DNA from: a bacterium
GTDB taxonomy: Bacteria; UBA8248
Assembly (NCBI GenBank): GCA_965204535.1
Contig: OZ241996.1
Span: 1,152,001-1,216,000, forward strand
Direction of reading: 5' to 3'
DNA length: 64,000 nt
Shown: positions 18,271 through 28,784 of the stretch, piece after piece
Numbering within the stretch: the stretch's first letter is position 1
How the letters are laid out: every line of letters starts with the position of its first letter
Translations under genes and position numbers: made by a program
Notes under the pieces: model-generated
The model's input: the letters and a program-made list of their open reading frames with translations, nothing else
Told to the model about the DNA's origin: nothing
Databases searched by the model: none

Positions 18271-19031
18271 AGGGCGTTGCTGCCGCCGTCGAGATATATT
18301 GTCTGCCCGGTCATGTAGTCGCTCTGGGGGCCGCAAAGGTAGACGACGAGGGGCCGTATTTCTTCGATTTCGCCGTAGCGCTTCATGGGAACGTAGCGCA
18401 GGAATTCCTCGCTTTGCGCGGGATCGGCGATTCGATCGACCGTCATCGGGGTGGGGAAGCGGCCCGGCGCGATGTTGTTCACCTGAATGTTCTTCTCCGC
18501 AAGCTCGACGGCGAGCGCCTCGGTGAATCCCCGGACGCCAGATTTCGACGCCGCATAGGCCACCTGATTTGGGCGACCCCGACTGCCTGCGCCCGAGCCG
18601 AGGTTGACGATTTTTCCTTCTCCCACCTCGAGCATGAAGCGCACCGCCGCGCGGCAGCAATAGAACATGCCGCTCAGGTTCAAATCGATGGTCTCGTGCC
18701 AGATTTCGTTCGTCATCTCGAGAATCGGGCTGGGGAGCGACACCCCCGCATTGTTGATGAGAATGTGCGGGCCTCCGAGTTCTTTGTTGACCTGCTCGAA
18801 CAGGGCGTTCACCCGCGCCGGATCCGTGACGTCGCAGACGGCGGGTCTGGCTCTGATGCCGAATTTCTCGCATTCTTTCGCAGTATCAGCCATCGGCTCA
18901 GGCCGTCTGCCGATGAGGACGAGGTCCGCACCAGCCTCCGCCAGTGCGATGGCCATCGTTGCGCCGAGCCCCTGGCCGCCGCCCGTGATGCAGGCTACCT
19001 TGCCACTTAAATCTACGCCGGGTGAGGTCAT
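18267..19031 (-). CDS. SDR family oxidoreductase
   Basis: TGGGQGLG, NNAG, YAASK, TGQTIYLDGG. Confidence 0.92.
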   Translation of the reverse strand: MTSPGVDLSGKVACITGGGQGLGATMAIALAEAGADLVLIGRRPEPMADTAKECEKFGIRARPAVCDVTDPARVNALFEQVNKELGGPHILINNAGVSLPSPILEMTNEIWHETIDLNLSGMFYCCRAAVRFMLEVGEGKIVNLGSGAGSRGRPNQVAYAASKSGVRGFTEALAVELAEKNIQVNNIAPGRFPTPMTVDRIADPAQSEEFLRYVPMKRYGEIEEIRPLVVYLCGPQSDYMTGQTIYLDGGSNAL

Positions 19032-19218
19032 ATCTGCTCCGCTTTTCAGTCCGCCCGGCGAAAGGCCCCGCGCCGCGATTGCGCGCGCAAAGTCACTGCG
19101 GGGCTTTACCGCCGTGCGGTAGTGGGGTACATAAACCTTGGTTCCGCAATCATTTCGACGGACATTCTCTTCCACATTTTGGCGAAGAGTCAAAGTGAAC
19201 ATCTTAAGTGAGGATGCG

Positions 19219-20460
19219 ATGAGTCTCGCGCAGGCGCCTGCGGCAATCAGCAGCGAAAACATAGAGTTGGTCGGTTATCACGACTTGGAAGACAGGCCCG
19301 CCTTCAAAACGGCGATTCAGGAAGTGGACGGTCGGTTTTACCTCTACCTCTCGCAATTCTGGGTGAGCGGCTGGAGCATTCTCGACGTAACTGATCCCGA
19401 AAACCCCGAACTCCTCAAGTTTATTGAGGGTCCCGACAACACTTGGACGCTCCAGGTCCAGGTGGCGGATGGTTTGCTCATCACCTCCCTGGAGAGAATC
19501 CCTCCCGGCTGGGGGCCGCGGCCCGAGGATCCGCCCGAAGTCGAGGGCGTCTACATCTGGGACGTGAAAAAAGATCCGGCCAATCCGCAACTCATTTCGC
19601 ATTGGCAAACGGGAGCGGACGGCACGCACCGGAATTTTTATAACGGCGGTCGCTACGCCCACCTCTCCGCCTACGCGCCCGGCTATGACGGGAATATCTA
19701 CCGCATTCTGGATCTGGCCGATCCCCGGAACCCGAAAGAAGCGGGCCGCTTCTGGCTCCCCGAGCAGGAGAGTGCTGAGACCGATATGTCGGACGACTGG
19801 AGCGAGGGGATGCGCGTGTTCCAGCACGGGCCGGCCCATGCGGAAAACGGACGGGCGTATCTGCCTTATGCCCGCGGCGGGTTCGTCATCGCGAATATCG
19901 AGGATGTATCCAGCCCCAAACTCATCAGCCGTTTCAACGTCTACCCGCCGCTGGGCAGCGCGATCGCCGTGCACACGGCGTATCCCTATCTCAACCGGGG
20001 ATTCGCCATCATCAACAGCGAAGCCCTCAAGGAGAATTGCGACGAGCCGCTCAACTATACGGCGATCATCGACATCGAAGACGAGGCGAACCCGAGGCTC
20101 ATGTCGCTCTTCCCGGTGCCCGAGCCGCCGCCCGGTTATTCACACAAGAGTTTTTGTGAGCGCGGCGGACGCTTCGGCCCGCACAACCAGCACCACCCCC
20201 AGGGGATCGATTGTTTAGAGCAAAGAGAAGACCGCATTTATCTGACGTATTTCAACGCAGGCCTCAGGGTTTATGACATCTCCGAGCCCATCCACCCGCG
20301 CGAGATCGCGCACTACATCCCCGCCGACCCGACGAAACGTCTTGGCATGCTGCCCAGAACGCTCGTCACCCAGAGCGAGGATGTAATTGTCGACAGGCGC
20401 GGAATCATTTATGTGACGGACAAGAACCATGGACTTCATATATTGCGCTGCACCGTTTAG
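19219..20460 (+). CDS. LVIVD-repeat beta-propeller protein
   Basis: Repeated ILDVTDPENP, ILDLADPRNP and VYDISEP motifs; FGPHN. Confidence 0.85.
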   Translation: MSLAQAPAAISSENIELVGYHDLEDRPAFKTAIQEVDGRFYLYLSQFWVSGWSILDVTDPENPELLKFIEGPDNTWTLQVQVADGLLITSLERIPPGWGPRPEDPPEVEGVYIWDVKKDPANPQLISHWQTGADGTHRNFYNGGRYAHLSAYAPGYDGNIYRILDLADPRNPKEAGRFWLPEQESAETDMSDDWSEGMRVFQHGPAHAENGRAYLPYARGGFVIANIEDVSSPKLISRFNVYPPLGSAIAVHTAYPYLNRGFAIINSEALKENCDEPLNYTAIIDIEDEANPRLMSLFPVPEPPPGYSHKSFCERGGRFGPHNQHHPQGIDCLEQREDRIYLTYFNAGLRVYDISEPIHPREIAHYIPADPTKRLGMLPRTLVTQSEDVIVDRRGIIYVTDKNHGLHILRCTV

Positions 20461-20480
20461 GCGAAAAGGAGAAAAATTCT

Positions 20481-21170
20481 ATGCCTACCATCGTTGACCT
20501 TTCACGAGAGATCTACCACCGCACACCCGCGTATCCGGGCCAGCCGCCCATCCTGTATGCCGAGTGGAAAAACCACGAAGAGGCCTTCAAGGACTCGGGA
20601 AACGTCTGGGGGAACGCCCTGAACTTCGTCACCATGCCCGAGCACGGCACCACGCATCTCGACGCGCCGCGCCATTTCCACCAGGACGCGCAGCCGATGA
20701 ACGAATACCCGCTCGAGAACTGCATCGTTCGCGGCATCTGCATCGATCTGCAGCATATTGAACCCAGGGCGGAAATCAGTTCGGCGGATATCGACGCAGC
20801 GGTGAAAAAAACGGGTCTCTCGGTTCCCCAGGGCGGTACCATCCTCCTGTGCACAGGCCATCATGCCCGCACTTTCCCGACGAAGGCGTATGGGTTGGAT
20901 AATCCTGGCGTCAACGTGGAGGCCACCGAATGGCTGGCGGATCAGGGGATCGTCCATTTCGGGATTGATTCCATGCGTCCCGGCCCCGAGGGCGACGTCA
21001 ATGCTTTGGTCCACAAAACCTGCTGGGAGAGGGGGATTACCCACCTCGAAAGCCTATGCAACCTCGAAGCGCTGCTGGGCAAGGGCGAGTTCCAGTTCAT
21101 CTCCCTTCCGCTCAAGTTCCGCGAGGGAACGGGAAGCCCCGTTCGCGCGGTGGCGGTTCTCGACGATTAG
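20481..21170 (+). CDS. cyclase family (kynurenine formamidase-like) metal hydrolase
   Basis: HGTTHLDAPRHF, GIDS, PLKFREGTGSPVRAVA. Confidence 0.92.
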   Translation: MPTIVDLSREIYHRTPAYPGQPPILYAEWKNHEEAFKDSGNVWGNALNFVTMPEHGTTHLDAPRHFHQDAQPMNEYPLENCIVRGICIDLQHIEPRAEISSADIDAAVKKTGLSVPQGGTILLCTGHHARTFPTKAYGLDNPGVNVEATEWLADQGIVHFGIDSMRPGPEGDVNALVHKTCWERGITHLESLCNLEALLGKGEFQFISLPLKFREGTGSPVRAVAVLDD

Positions 21171-21180
21171 TTCTTGATTC

Positions 21181-21211
21181 GGGGTCCTCGCCGTATGGGG
21201 GCGAGGACCCC
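21181..21211 (+). terminator. strong hairpin / terminator
   Basis: GGGGTCCTCGCC...GGCGAGGACCCC followed by GTCTTTT. Confidence 0.6.
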
Positions 21212-21305
21212 GTCTTTTCGATGAATGGCCAAAATATGATAGGCTAGGCGTCTATCTTCGACATCCGCCCCGGGGAGGGGAGTTTTCAAGCCCTCCACAG
21301 AGCCT

Positions 21306-22040
21306 ATGCCAGAGTCTCCCAAGCCCCGATCGGAGTATGCGCTCGAACTGGGACGACGTATCGCGCGCGCGCGTGAGCGCAGGGGGCTGAACCGCAACCA
21401 GTTGGCGCGCGCCGCGGGCGTCACGTGGGCGAATCTCACACGATATGAACAGGGCCAGAACGAACCGAGCGCAAGCAAACTGTTTGAAATCGCAAAAGTG
21501 CTCGATGTGTCCGGCGATTGGTTGCTGGGCCGAACCGGCGCGCCGGAAATTCCAGGCGTCGGGCCTTTGGATGTCTCCTTGAGTATGAGTGATAACTTGC
21601 GGACGCCGGGCAAGGTGAGCGATGCGGAGTTTCGCGCCGTGCCTTTGGTGTCGGGTTCCATCGCTGCGGGAAGCGCCAGAATCGTGGATGAGCAAATCGA
21701 GGAATACGCTCTTATCCACGTTTCTCAAATTGCAGGGCGTGGGGATTTGGTATCCGTCCGAGTAGACCGCCAAATGGGCCGCAGTATGATTCCCACGATA
21801 CAGCCGGGTGCGGTGGTCGTCATCGATCGCCGTGACAAGGCGATCGCTCCCAATGGCATTTACGCCGTTCGGGATGAATCCGGCGGGTGTACGCTCAAGC
21901 GGTTGCAGTGGACCCCACCACGTCTATGGCTGGTGCCCGAGAATCGTGAAGACGTCGTCACGCATATTGATTTGGACGGGGAAGAGCCCGCCGATAGAAT
22001 CGTGGGCCGCGTCGTCTGGGCCTACCAGCCGCTCGCCTGA
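21306..22040 (+). CDS. XRE-HTH plus S24 peptidase (CI/LexA-like) repressor
   Basis: N-terminal HTH; IAAG cleavage site; GRSMIP Ser and TLKRL Lys. Confidence 0.88.
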   Translation: MPESPKPRSEYALELGRRIARARERRGLNRNQLARAAGVTWANLTRYEQGQNEPSASKLFEIAKVLDVSGDWLLGRTGAPEIPGVGPLDVSLSMSDNLRTPGKVSDAEFRAVPLVSGSIAAGSARIVDEQIEEYALIHVSQIAGRGDLVSVRVDRQMGRSMIPTIQPGAVVVIDRRDKAIAPNGIYAVRDESGGCTLKRLQWTPPRLWLVPENREDVVTHIDLDGEEPADRIVGRVVWAYQPLA

Positions 22041-22065
22041 GAGGGCTTTTTCAAAAACCCCTAAA

Positions 22066-23058
22066 CTAGGAGTCCATCAACTCCCTGCATTTTTCCGTGA
22101 GAGCGGGGATGACTTTTTTGTAGTCGCCCACGATGCCGTAGCGCGCGCGCTGGAAGATGGGCGCTTCGGCGTCCGTGTTGATGGCCACGATGTTCTTGCT
22201 CGGCCCTGCCCCGACCATGTGCTGCATGGCGCCTGATATGCCGACGGCGATATAGAGATTGGGGCTCACGATCTTGCCCGTCTGGCCCACCTGCATGGGC
22301 GTCGGCACCCAGCCGGCGTCGACGGCGGCGCGGCTCGCGCCCACGGCCGCTTTGAGAACCTGGGCGAGATCCTGGAGGTATTCGAAATTCTCTGGCCCGC
22401 CCAAACCGCGTCCGCCGCTCACGACGATTTCCGCATCTTCCAGGCGGACGCCCTCTGCTTCCACCTTTTTCGCCTCCACGAAATTCATTCGAATCTCATC
22501 TGCATCCACGGAAACGCCGATTTCCATGAACTCGCCCTCGCGGCCCTCTTCGATGTCGGCCAGCGGCAGGGCTTTCGCGCGCGTGGACGCGATAGAGAGG
22601 GAATCCGTTTTCGAACGTACGTGGCTGATGGCGCTGCCCCCGTGCACCGGACGGATGGCGGCGAGCTTCCCCTCCTCAATCGAGAGGTCCGTGCAGTCGT
22701 GCGCGTAGCTGGCCCCGTGCCGGAAGGCGAGCCGGGGTGCCACATCCCGCCCCATGGAGGTATTGGCGACCAGCAAGATATTCGGGCTCTCTTCTCCGAT
22801 GACGGCGTCGATTACTTTGAGATACGCCGCATTGGTGTAGCCTTCGAGAATATCCGATTCGGCCGCCAGCACCTTGTCGGCCCCAAGGGCGATGATTCCT
22901 TTCGCCAGTTCATACGTGCCCGCTCCGCCGAGAAGGAGGGCGACCAGGGAGCCTCCTTTTTCATCGGCGAGTTTTCGGCCGATACCGCAAAGCTCACTGC
23001 TTACGAGCGCCAACTTGTCCCCTGCGCGCTCGGCTAAAACGAGAACGTTGTTCGACAT
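22066..23058 (-). CDS. etfA: electron transfer flavoprotein alpha subunit
   Basis: [33 protein letters not shown]. Confidence 0.96.
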   Translation of the reverse strand: MSNNVLVLAERAGDKLALVSSELCGIGRKLADEKGGSLVALLLGGAGTYELAKGIIALGADKVLAAESDILEGYTNAAYLKVIDAVIGEESPNILLVANTSMGRDVAPRLAFRHGASYAHDCTDLSIEEGKLAAIRPVHGGSAISHVRSKTDSLSIASTRAKALPLADIEEGREGEFMEIGVSVDADEIRMNFVEAKKVEAEGVRLEDAEIVVSGGRGLGGPENFEYLQDLAQVLKAAVGASRAAVDAGWVPTPMQVGQTGKIVSPNLYIAVGISGAMQHMVGAGPSKNIVAINTDAEAPIFQRARYGIVGDYKKVIPALTEKCRELMDS

Positions 23059-23076
23059 GATGTTGTTCTTTCTCCC

Positions 23077-23877
23077 CTAAATGATTTTATCTTCACGAAG
23101 GCGTAGGGCCAGAGCGCCGGCTGCTTCTTCGAGTGATTCGCCTTCGATGAATTCGCAGTTCCCGTCAAAAACGGGCTTGTAGAATTTGGTGACTTCAAAA
23201 GTGGCCGCCCCTTTTCCGACAGAGGCGGGGTCGATTCCGATGTCCGTCGCGCCCCAGACGGGGATCTGCTTGCGCGACGCCATGAGAATGCCTTTGACCG
23301 AGGGCAGGCGGGGCGTGTTGATCTCGTTGCTGGCGGTGAGCAGGCACGGAGTCGATACTTCCACGACCTCCACGCCGTCCTCCAGGGCGCGTTCGCACCG
23401 GATCCCTGAGTCCGTTTTCTCCACTTTCTGGAGCTGGCTCACGCTGGGAAGTTCGAGCGCTTCAGCGAGGGCGAGGGCAGTGGTTCCATAGCTCCAGTCG
23501 CTGCTCAACCTGCCGCAAAAGATGACGTCAAAACCGTCGATCTTTTGAATCGCGCCCGCCAGAATCCGCGCGATGGCGAAGGCGTCGGAACCCTCGAAAG
23601 CATCGTCTTGGAGCAAAATGGCTTCATCGCATCCCATGGCCAGGCATTTTTTCAGACCGTCTCTGGCTTTTTCGTCGCCCATCGTCATGACGGTGACTTT
23701 TCCGCCATGCTCTTCCTTGAGGTTGATGGCCGCTTCGACGGCGTTTTCACAAAAGCCGTTGATGACGGGCGATACGTTTGCGGGCGGGATGACGTCCATC
23801 TTCTCCTCATCGACCTTGAAATCGCGGGGAGGAATGTCGGGGTCTTGAACTTGCTTGATGCAGGCGATGATATCCAA
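23077..23877 (-). CDS. etfB: electron transfer flavoprotein beta subunit
   Basis: CIKQVQDP, NAVEAA, LAMGCD, NTPRLPS. Confidence 0.95.
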   Translation of the reverse strand: MDIIACIKQVQDPDIPPRDFKVDEEKMDVIPPANVSPVINGFCENAVEAAINLKEEHGGKVTVMTMGDEKARDGLKKCLAMGCDEAILLQDDAFEGSDAFAIARILAGAIQKIDGFDVIFCGRLSSDWSYGTTALALAEALELPSVSQLQKVEKTDSGIRCERALEDGVEVVEVSTPCLLTASNEINTPRLPSVKGILMASRKQIPVWGATDIGIDPASVGKGAATFEVTKFYKPVFDGNCEFIEGESLEEAAGALALRLREDKII

Positions 23878-24185
23878 AGGGTTGATTCTCCTTGTTGATG
23901 CCGGTTCGAATCCGTCATGGTTGTTTGAGGTGCTCGGATGTGTTGTGAATCAACAAAACGAGACGCCTAAAAATAATGAGATGGAGTCGATGCGTCAACC
24001 GAGAAAGGCGTTTTTCCCGATTTTGCCCGCCTCCCCGGCACGCGCTCCCAAAGCGGTTCGTCCTTTCATGTTTGACAGGCAAAAAAATCCGCGCGATAAG
24101 ATGAAAACGCTCCGGTATGAGGGCGAAACATTCCGACAGACGATTTTTCAGCGCGTTTCGGGTTTTGGATTAGAGGATCCCTTCC

Positions 24186-25277
24186 ATGTCAGAAGCAAGC
24201 GAAGCCCAGGTTCTAGAGGCTCTGAAGAAAGTGCGAGACCCAGAGGTCGGAAAAGACTTGGTGAGTCTCAACATGATCAAGGATGTCCAGATTTGTGGAG
24301 ATGCGGTCGCCTTTACACTGCAGTTGACCACACCTGCGCATCCGCGCAAGGAAGAGTTCGAGCAGGAGTGCAAGCTGGCGGTCGGCTCTTTGGAGAACGT
24401 GAATTCGGTGAACGTCCGGGTGACGAGCCACGTCACCGCGCGGCCATCGATGGCTGGCAAAATGGACGTCGTTGGTGTGAAGAACATCATCGCCATAGCG
24501 AGCGGGAAGGGCGGCGTGGGTAAATCGACCGTGGCGGTGAACGTTGCGCTCGCCCTGAGCCGGGAAGGCGCGAAGGTGGGGGTGCTCGACGCGGACATTT
24601 ACGGGCCGAGCCAGCCCCTGATGCTCGGAATCCCCGCAGCGCGGCCCATCGCCGAGGAGGGGAACAAGATACGGCCTCTGGAAGCTCATGGGCTAAGGGT
24701 CATGTCGATGGGGTTTCTGGTCGATGAGGACAGCCCCGTCATCTGGCGCGGTCCCATGGTCATGCGGGCACTCGTGCAGTTTTTGAGCGAGACGATATGG
24801 GGAGAACTCGACTATCTCGTCCTGGACCTGCCCCCCGGCACCGGCGACGCGCAACTGACCATCGTCCAGCAGGTTTCTCTGGCGGGCGCCGTCATCGTCA
24901 GCACGCCGCAGGACATCGCTCTTCTCGATGCGCGCAAGGGTCTGCAGATGTTCCGGAAAACCGACGTGCCCATTCTCGGGATCATCGAAAACATGAGCTA
25001 CTACGTGTGCCCCGAATGCGGGTATCGCGAGAACATCTTCGACACCGGCGGCGGGGAGAAGGCCTCCCAGCGCTACGAAGTCCCGTTCCTGGGCGCCATT
25101 CCACTCGACATCAAGGTGAGGCTGGGGGGAGACTTCGGCGTGCCCGTCGTAGCGGGAGAGCCGGATCATCCGACGGCCAAGGCATTCCGCGAGGCGGCCA
25201 GAAAAGTGGCCGAGCAGGTGGCCATCGCCAACGCCTCGGGACCCATATCGGTGCCGGAACTCAAGATCATCGGATAG
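24186..25277 (+). CDS. apbC: Mrp/ApbC Fe-S cluster carrier ATPase
   Basis: DUF59 N-terminus; SGKGGVGKST; DADIYGPS; DLPPGTGD; ENMSYYVCPEC. Confidence 0.95.
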   Translation: MSEASEAQVLEALKKVRDPEVGKDLVSLNMIKDVQICGDAVAFTLQLTTPAHPRKEEFEQECKLAVGSLENVNSVNVRVTSHVTARPSMAGKMDVVGVKNIIAIASGKGGVGKSTVAVNVALALSREGAKVGVLDADIYGPSQPLMLGIPAARPIAEEGNKIRPLEAHGLRVMSMGFLVDEDSPVIWRGPMVMRALVQFLSETIWGELDYLVLDLPPGTGDAQLTIVQQVSLAGAVIVSTPQDIALLDARKGLQMFRKTDVPILGIIENMSYYVCPECGYRENIFDTGGGEKASQRYEVPFLGAIPLDIKVRLGGDFGVPVVAGEPDHPTAKAFREAARKVAEQVAIANASGPISVPELKIIG

Positions 25278-25444
25278 AAGAGTCCGCGAAAGTGTGCGTC
25301 TTCATGCTGAAAGGTTAGGTTCGCAAATCTGACTTGGATCAACAGATTATCTTTAAGTCCACCGGTCGTTTCGTTCGTTTGTGTAGCTTTTCTCCGGCGA
25401 GCCGAGCACGCGATTTTTCATAAGCTCATAAGAGGATTAACGTC

Positions 25445-26392
25445 ATGGCGAAAGTAGTTTTGATCGATCCGCTTTATTCGACGCCGGCGTGGAACGTGGC
25501 TTCCGACTGGCTGGGAGCGGAGCACGAGGTCGTCGCTCCGGCCGAATACACGCCGGAGGCCATCGAGCCGCTGCTGCCGGATTCGGAAGGCATTCTCACC
25601 GTGTTCCGGCCCGTTTCGCCCGAGATGATGGACATGGCGCCAAACCTCAAGGTGGTGGCCAAACCGGGTGCTGGCGTGGACAACATCGACGTCGATGCGG
25701 CGAACGAGCGCGGCGTCATGGTCTGCAACGTCGAGGGCGTCCGGGGGCGCTCCGTGGCGGAACACGCCTTTTTCATGGCGCTGTATCTCGCGCGTCACGC
25801 CTGGATGCGCGATGAGCAGGAAACCTGGGAGCACGTGCCTGCGGTGCAACTGGGCGGCAAATCGCTCGGCATCGTGGGGCTCGGGGATATCGGCAGGAGA
25901 GCAGCGCGCATCGGCCATGGTTTCGGCATGGAGTTGCTCATCAACACGCGGACGGAGGATCCCTCCTACGTGCCTGAGGCGAAGCTCGAGTTCACCTCTT
26001 TCGATGCGCTTTTGCCGCGTGCCGATTTCCTGATCTTGTGCATGCCCCTGGCGCCCGAGATGCGGGGCATCATGAACAGGGCGAATCTCTTGAAAATGAA
26101 GCCGGACGCCATCCTCATCAACGTTTCGAGAGGCCCCGCCGTGGTGAGCGACGATCTTCTGGAGGTGATGCGCGGCGGCCATCTCGCGGGCGCGGGGCTC
26201 GACGTCACCGATCCCGAGCCCCTGCCGAAAGACCATGGCTTGTGGGGGATCGAGAACGTCATCATCAGCCCGCACCACGCTTCCCGGACGCCCGAGACGC
26301 AGGTCGCCGCGATGGATCGCACGGCGGAGAACATGCGTCTGGCCTTAGGCGGCCAAAGACCCGTAAACATCGTGAATCCAGGGGTCATGTAA
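25445..26392 (+). CDS. D-2-hydroxyacid dehydrogenase
   Basis: GAGVDNID, GLGDIG, INVSRG, LDVTDPEP, SPHH. Confidence 0.92.
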   Translation: MAKVVLIDPLYSTPAWNVASDWLGAEHEVVAPAEYTPEAIEPLLPDSEGILTVFRPVSPEMMDMAPNLKVVAKPGAGVDNIDVDAANERGVMVCNVEGVRGRSVAEHAFFMALYLARHAWMRDEQETWEHVPAVQLGGKSLGIVGLGDIGRRAARIGHGFGMELLINTRTEDPSYVPEAKLEFTSFDALLPRADFLILCMPLAPEMRGIMNRANLLKMKPDAILINVSRGPAVVSDDLLEVMRGGHLAGAGLDVTDPEPLPKDHGLWGIENVIISPHHASRTPETQVAAMDRTAENMRLALGGQRPVNIVNPGVM

Positions 26393-26444
26393 GCGATTCC
26401 CCAAGCCGGACAGGCCGACGCAGGCCGGCCGGGTCGGAGTGTGA

Positions 26445-27302
26445 ATGCCGTTTGAATTGGTTGCCCTGAGCCCGGCCGTCTTCTTCGCCCTCTCGAGCAT
26501 CATGACCAAAAGAGGGTTGGACGGCAGCACGCCGCACACGGGCAGCCTGGTCGTCCTGATCATGCAGCTTGTCTTCTTCTCCTCCTGCCTGGTGGCGGTG
26601 GATTTCTCCCGGATATCGGTTTCGGTCCACTGGATCGCTTTTCTGGCGGCGGGGATTTCCTCGCCCGCGCTGTCGTTGGTGTTCCTGTTTCGTTCGATCC
26701 AGAGGATCGGCGTCGCCTCGACAAGCCCGGTCTCCAACACCCACCCCATATTCGGGGCGTTCTGGGCGTTTCTGGTGCTGGGGGAACGCCCGCCCGCCGT
26801 CTTGTGGCTGGGTATCCTCGTTGTCGTGGCGGGTGTTTTCTGCATGACGAGTGGAGGAGGTCCGCTCGCCAGAGGCCGCGTGCTGCTGTTGCCGGTCACC
26901 GCGGCGGCTTTCATGGGGCTCGCCCACACGTTCAGGAAAATGGGGCTGGGAGGCGTGGAATCCCTTGTTTTCGGGGGGTTTCTGCAATCCGTCTCGGCAT
27001 GCGCCCTGGGTCCTTTGATCCTGAAGGCGGGCACCGGGTGGAGGCCGTTCGTGTTCAACAGGCCCTCGCTCGGCAACTTCATCCTGGCGGGTCTCGCGAT
27101 GGCGGCCGCCCAGTTGTGTCTCATGGCCGCACTGAGCATAGGGGAGGTGTCGCGCGTGACGCCCATGGTGGCGACGGTGCCGCTTTTCATGCTCGTGCTC
27201 GCACCCCTGATACTCGGGGAGCGCGAGAGGATCACCCCGCGTATCGTCCTGGGCGTGCTGATCACGGTGGCGGGGGTGATTCTGGTGACTTCGCTGCGCT
27301 AG
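26445..27302 (+). CDS. EamA/DMT transporter
   Basis: About 10 TM segments; LGER motifs in both halves. Confidence 0.88.
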   Translation: MPFELVALSPAVFFALSSIMTKRGLDGSTPHTGSLVVLIMQLVFFSSCLVAVDFSRISVSVHWIAFLAAGISSPALSLVFLFRSIQRIGVASTSPVSNTHPIFGAFWAFLVLGERPPAVLWLGILVVVAGVFCMTSGGGPLARGRVLLLPVTAAAFMGLAHTFRKMGLGGVESLVFGGFLQSVSACALGPLILKAGTGWRPFVFNRPSLGNFILAGLAMAAAQLCLMAALSIGEVSRVTPMVATVPLFMLVLAPLILGERERITPRIVLGVLITVAGVILVTSLR

Positions 27303-27702
27303 GCGCGATCCGGCTCGATTTCGACGTAACACCTTATCTTTCAAATATATAAATTTTCAGGAATTTACCGAAAAACCCCGCTAATTTATCGATATTTTCA
27401 GGAATTCCCCCGCCGCCGGAGGCGGCGACTCACCCCGCGACCATAGCCGATACCCGGGAGCGCGCATGACGGCAAATGCGGGGAAATGCGCGCCGGCGCG
27501 GGCGGGGCTTCCCCGACGGGCGGGGAATGATGGGTGAGACTGGAGAGCAGGGGCGGACCCGCGCGTCCGCGCCCGCGTTTTGTTTTCACCGTCGTTCCGG
27601 CGAATGACGGTGGAGACCGGGAGATTGGCCGAAGCCGGGGGGGGGGGTGGAGATGCAGCGGCGTTCTCGAAAACGGCGAGGCGGATTTTCGGGGAGAGGC
27701 GC

Positions 27703-28677
27703 TCAGGCGGCGATTTCGAGATAGGGCGATTCCCCCGGGACGGGGGAGCGGAGTTTTTCCAGAACGTGAGGATTCCGCCGGACGATCTCGAACAGCATTC
27801 CGAGGCTGAGGTGGTTGCAGAAATCATCGTCCCATTCCAACCGGTTCTCGCAGTTCTCCCTTGTCAACCGGAAGCGGGACCAGGAGAGTTTCCCGTCGGG
27901 GTCCTCTTCCATCCCCACGATGAGTTCGTCTCCGTAGAACCATATCCACATTTCCAAATCGCCGATGCGGACGGGTTCGACTTCGGGCCGCCCGCCCTTG
28001 AACCTGCCGAATGCGCCCACGCGGGCGAATGAGGGAACGTCGTCGCCGGTAACGCCGAGCTTATGGAGAATCTCCATCCCCAGTTCGAATGAAATCTCGG
28101 GGTCGTCGTTGTTGTGGGTGGAAAATTGTCCCACCACATCTTTCTCGCCCAGGTCGATCTTCAGCAGGGCGTATGGCTTCTCTCTCTTGAGAAACAACCA
28201 GAACTTGAATTCGCCGGCTTCGGTTTGTTCCCAGTATCTTTCTGCGTCCTCGCGCTTTCCGACGCAGATTTCGAGAGTTTTTCCGATGGCCATGAGCTTC
28301 TTGAGGGAGAGCACCTCTTCGAGCCGGAATTCCCCGCTGAGGGGGATGGTTCCGGGGGCGGCTTCTGCTTCGGCGCGCCTCTCGCGGGCGTCGGTCAACT
28401 CCTTTCTGAAGAGGTTTCCATTCTTGCAGGCCTCATCGAAGGAATGGCGGCAGCTCTTGAGGAGTTTCCCGGCCCTGCGCCTCACGGCCTCGTCCTCATG
28501 CCCGGAGCACTTGAGAGCTTGCCGGATGGACCTGAGTGCGGTGCGCACGGTTCGCTCGCCGGTCTCTCCCTTCTCTTGCAGGTAGGCGTCAATCCCGTTC
28601 TTGAGTTTTTCGAGGGGAAAATCCTCGCCTGCTTCTTTTTTCAGGCGGTTCCACTGCATCAGGCATTCGGCGTTCAT
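27703..28677 (-). CDS. PcfJ-like domain protein
   Basis: L..L..IG..LEICVG...Y...G...W......PYAL......QF..HNN resembles the PcfJ pattern EG..L.HCVG...Q..G..N. Confidence 0.55.
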   Translation of the reverse strand: MNAECLMQWNRLKKEAGEDFPLEKLKNGIDAYLQEKGETGERTVRTALRSIRQALKCSGHEDEAVRRRAGKLLKSCRHSFDEACKNGNLFRKELTDARERRAEAEAAPGTIPLSGEFRLEEVLSLKKLMAIGKTLEICVGKREDAERYWEQTEAGEFKFWLFLKREKPYALLKIDLGEKDVVGQFSTHNNDDPEISFELGMEILHKLGVTGDDVPSFARVGAFGRFKGGRPEVEPVRIGDLEMWIWFYGDELIVGMEEDPDGKLSWSRFRLTRENCENRLEWDDDFCNHLSLGMLFEIVRRNPHVLEKLRSPVPGESPYLEIAA

Positions 28678-28695
28678 GTTTTTCCCTTCATTTAT

Positions 28696-28719
28696 GGGAC
28701 TTATATACGATGGTGCCTA
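28696..28719 (+). repeat. solitary IS1595-type terminal inverted repeat
   Basis: GGGACTTATATACGATGGTGCCTA matches the right end of the 700-3937 element read inward (GGGAATTATATACAATAGTGCCTA) at 21 of 24 positions. Confidence 0.75.
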
Positions 28720-28784
28720 AATTACTTATTGGATGTTGACGATTTAGCTATGCTCACAATCTCGTCTGATTGTTTCCCGTTCCA

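Noticed and set aside
21306-22040. Prophage
   Set aside because: No integrase, structural or replication genes nearby
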